Origin: Alphaproteobacteria bacterium
Lineage (GTDB): Bacteria > Pseudomonadota > Alphaproteobacteria > SP197
DNA length: 64,000 nt
Reading direction: 5' to 3'
Assembly: GCA_964291265.2 (NCBI GenBank)
Contig: OZ219747.1
Location: 3,936,001-4,000,000 of the forward strand
Of the stretch, positions 62,860-64,000 are shown in pieces. The notes under the pieces were generated by a model that was given only the letters and a program-made list of their open reading frames with translations, was not told the DNA's origin and searched no databases. Numbering within the stretch: position 1 is the stretch's first letter; each line of letters opens with the position of its first letter. Both the position numbers and the translations under genes were made by a program.

Positions 62860-64000
62860 TCATGCGGTCTCGGCGCGGATGTCGAGGAGGTTGCGCGCCT
62901 CGCGCCCGCAGGCCACGCCGACGAGGTGGACCGGGCCGGCGTGGTCGCGGTAGGTCTCGGCATAGCCCCGCTCGCGCATCTGCGCCAGCGCCGCAGCGCC
63001 GTCCCCCTCGCCCTCGGCCATCTTGAACTCCAGCACGAAGACCTGACCGCCGAGGCGCACCACCATGTCCGCACGGCCGCGATGCGAGGCCTCCTCCACG
63101 CTCAAATTCACCCCGACCGAACGCAGGCATATGTAGAGAAGACTCGCATACCAGGCCTCGTAGCGCGCCAGGTCGCCCTGCGCATGCCACTGGTAGGGAA
63201 TGCCCGCAAGCCAGGCGCGGAGCTTCTCGCCGAAGCCAGCGAAGTCGTTCGCCTCCAGCAGGGCGCAGAACTCCCGGCCCCGCTCCAGCGGCTCGACCCC
63301 CTTCCTGCCCAGCCAGGCAAGCAGTCCGCGGTTCAGGCTGATGCGGACCTCGAGGTTGGGATAGTCCAGCCGGTAGAGAGCGTCGAACTCGTCCCGCTCC
63401 TCCCCCGCGATGGTCAGGTAGCCGGTCTGGAAGAGCAGGGCCTCGATGGCGATGTCGTCGACATCGAACTTGGAGACCAGGGACATGCCCGCCAGCCGCC
63501 CCTCCAGTTCCATCGGGCTCACCGACTTCTCCATCAGCATGCGGAACAGGAAGTCCGGCGATCCGGTCTCGAACCAGTAGGGGCGGAACTCGCGGCTGTC
63601 GAGCAGCAGAAGCACGTCATAAGGATTGTAGACCCGCTCCCCGCCCCGCCAGTGGTAGCCGTTGTACCAGGTGCGGACCTTCTCGCGGTCCAGACCGACA
63701 AACTCAGGCCCGAACACACGGTCGAGATCCTCCTCGCGGTAGCCGCAGATCGTGGCGAAGCGCGGATCGAGGCTGATGTCCTTCAGGTTGTTGAGACCCG
63801 AGAACAGGCTGACTTTCGAGAACATGCTGACACCGGTGACGAAGACGAAACGGACGTGTTCGGCGCTGTCCTTGACGATGCCGTAGAAGCCGCGCAGGTA
63901 GTCCCGGTTGGCCCTCGCGAGCTCGGGATCGTGGAGCACGTCGAGGATCGGCTTGTCGTACTCGTCCACCAGCACCACCACCTGCCGGCCGGCGGCGCCG
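62860..64000 (-). CDS. AAA-ATPase-like protein with C-terminal PD-(D/E)xK nuclease, 5' truncated by window edge
   Basis: VLVDEYDKP, FVTGVS..SLFSGLNN, WYNGY, QTGYLTI, GRADM..VLEFK. Confidence 0.9.
   Translation of the reverse strand, partial: GAAGRQVVVLVDEYDKPILDVLHDPELARANRDYLRGFYGIVKDSAEHVRFVFVTGVSMFSKVSLFSGLNNLKDISLDPRFATICGYREEDLDRVFGPEFVGLDREKVRTWYNGYHWRGGERVYNPYDVLLLLDSREFRPYWFETGSPDFLFRMLMEKSVSPMELEGRLAGMSLVSKFDVDDIAIEALLFQTGYLTIAGEERDEFDALYRLDYPNLEVRISLNRGLLAWLGRKGVEPLERGREFCALLEANDFAGFGEKLRAWLAGIPYQWHAQGDLARYEAWYASLLYICLRSVGVNLSVEEASHRGRADMVVRLGGQVFVLEFKMAEGEGDGAAALAQMRERGYAETYRDHAGPVHLVGVACGREARNLLDIRAETA

Overview
GC-rich bacterial window, probably alphaproteobacterial (inferred from the uvrD-prmA, secB and peptidase genes). 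Intact housekeeping and catabolic blocks alternate with eroded mobile/defence DNA. Core genes: uvrD (5' partial), prmA, aminopeptidase P, DmpA peptidase, dienelactone hydrolase, threonine aldolase, KpsF/GutQ isomerase, secB, SDR-BtpA-FGGY kinase, a sugar ABC transporter coupled to a TauD dioxygenase, and a class III aminotransferase. The accessory island at about 2.2-23.5 kb carries NYN-LOTUS; a compact four-gene operon (hypothetical, degenerate DUF2791/BrxD-like ATPase, intact DUF2791/BrxD-like ATPase, SNF2 helicase) bracketed by inverted IS1634-like ends; ISKra4; a type I RM relic with a mini GIY-YIG cassette; IS66 interrupted by an antisense group II intron; Fic; and RecD2. At 30.4-37.0 kb a decayed tnpB element is bounded by perfect 21-bp terminal inverted repeats and is interrupted by a 5.3-kb IS21 transposon carrying a TOPRIM primase-like gene. 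The right end holds a GIY-YIG-like gene, an MmeI-like RM enzyme and an AAA/PD-(D/E)xK gene. The best candidates for undescribed systems are the double-DUF2791/SNF2 operon, the TIR-bounded tnpB element and the primase-carrying IS21. All family calls come from motif recognition by eye; no database search was run.
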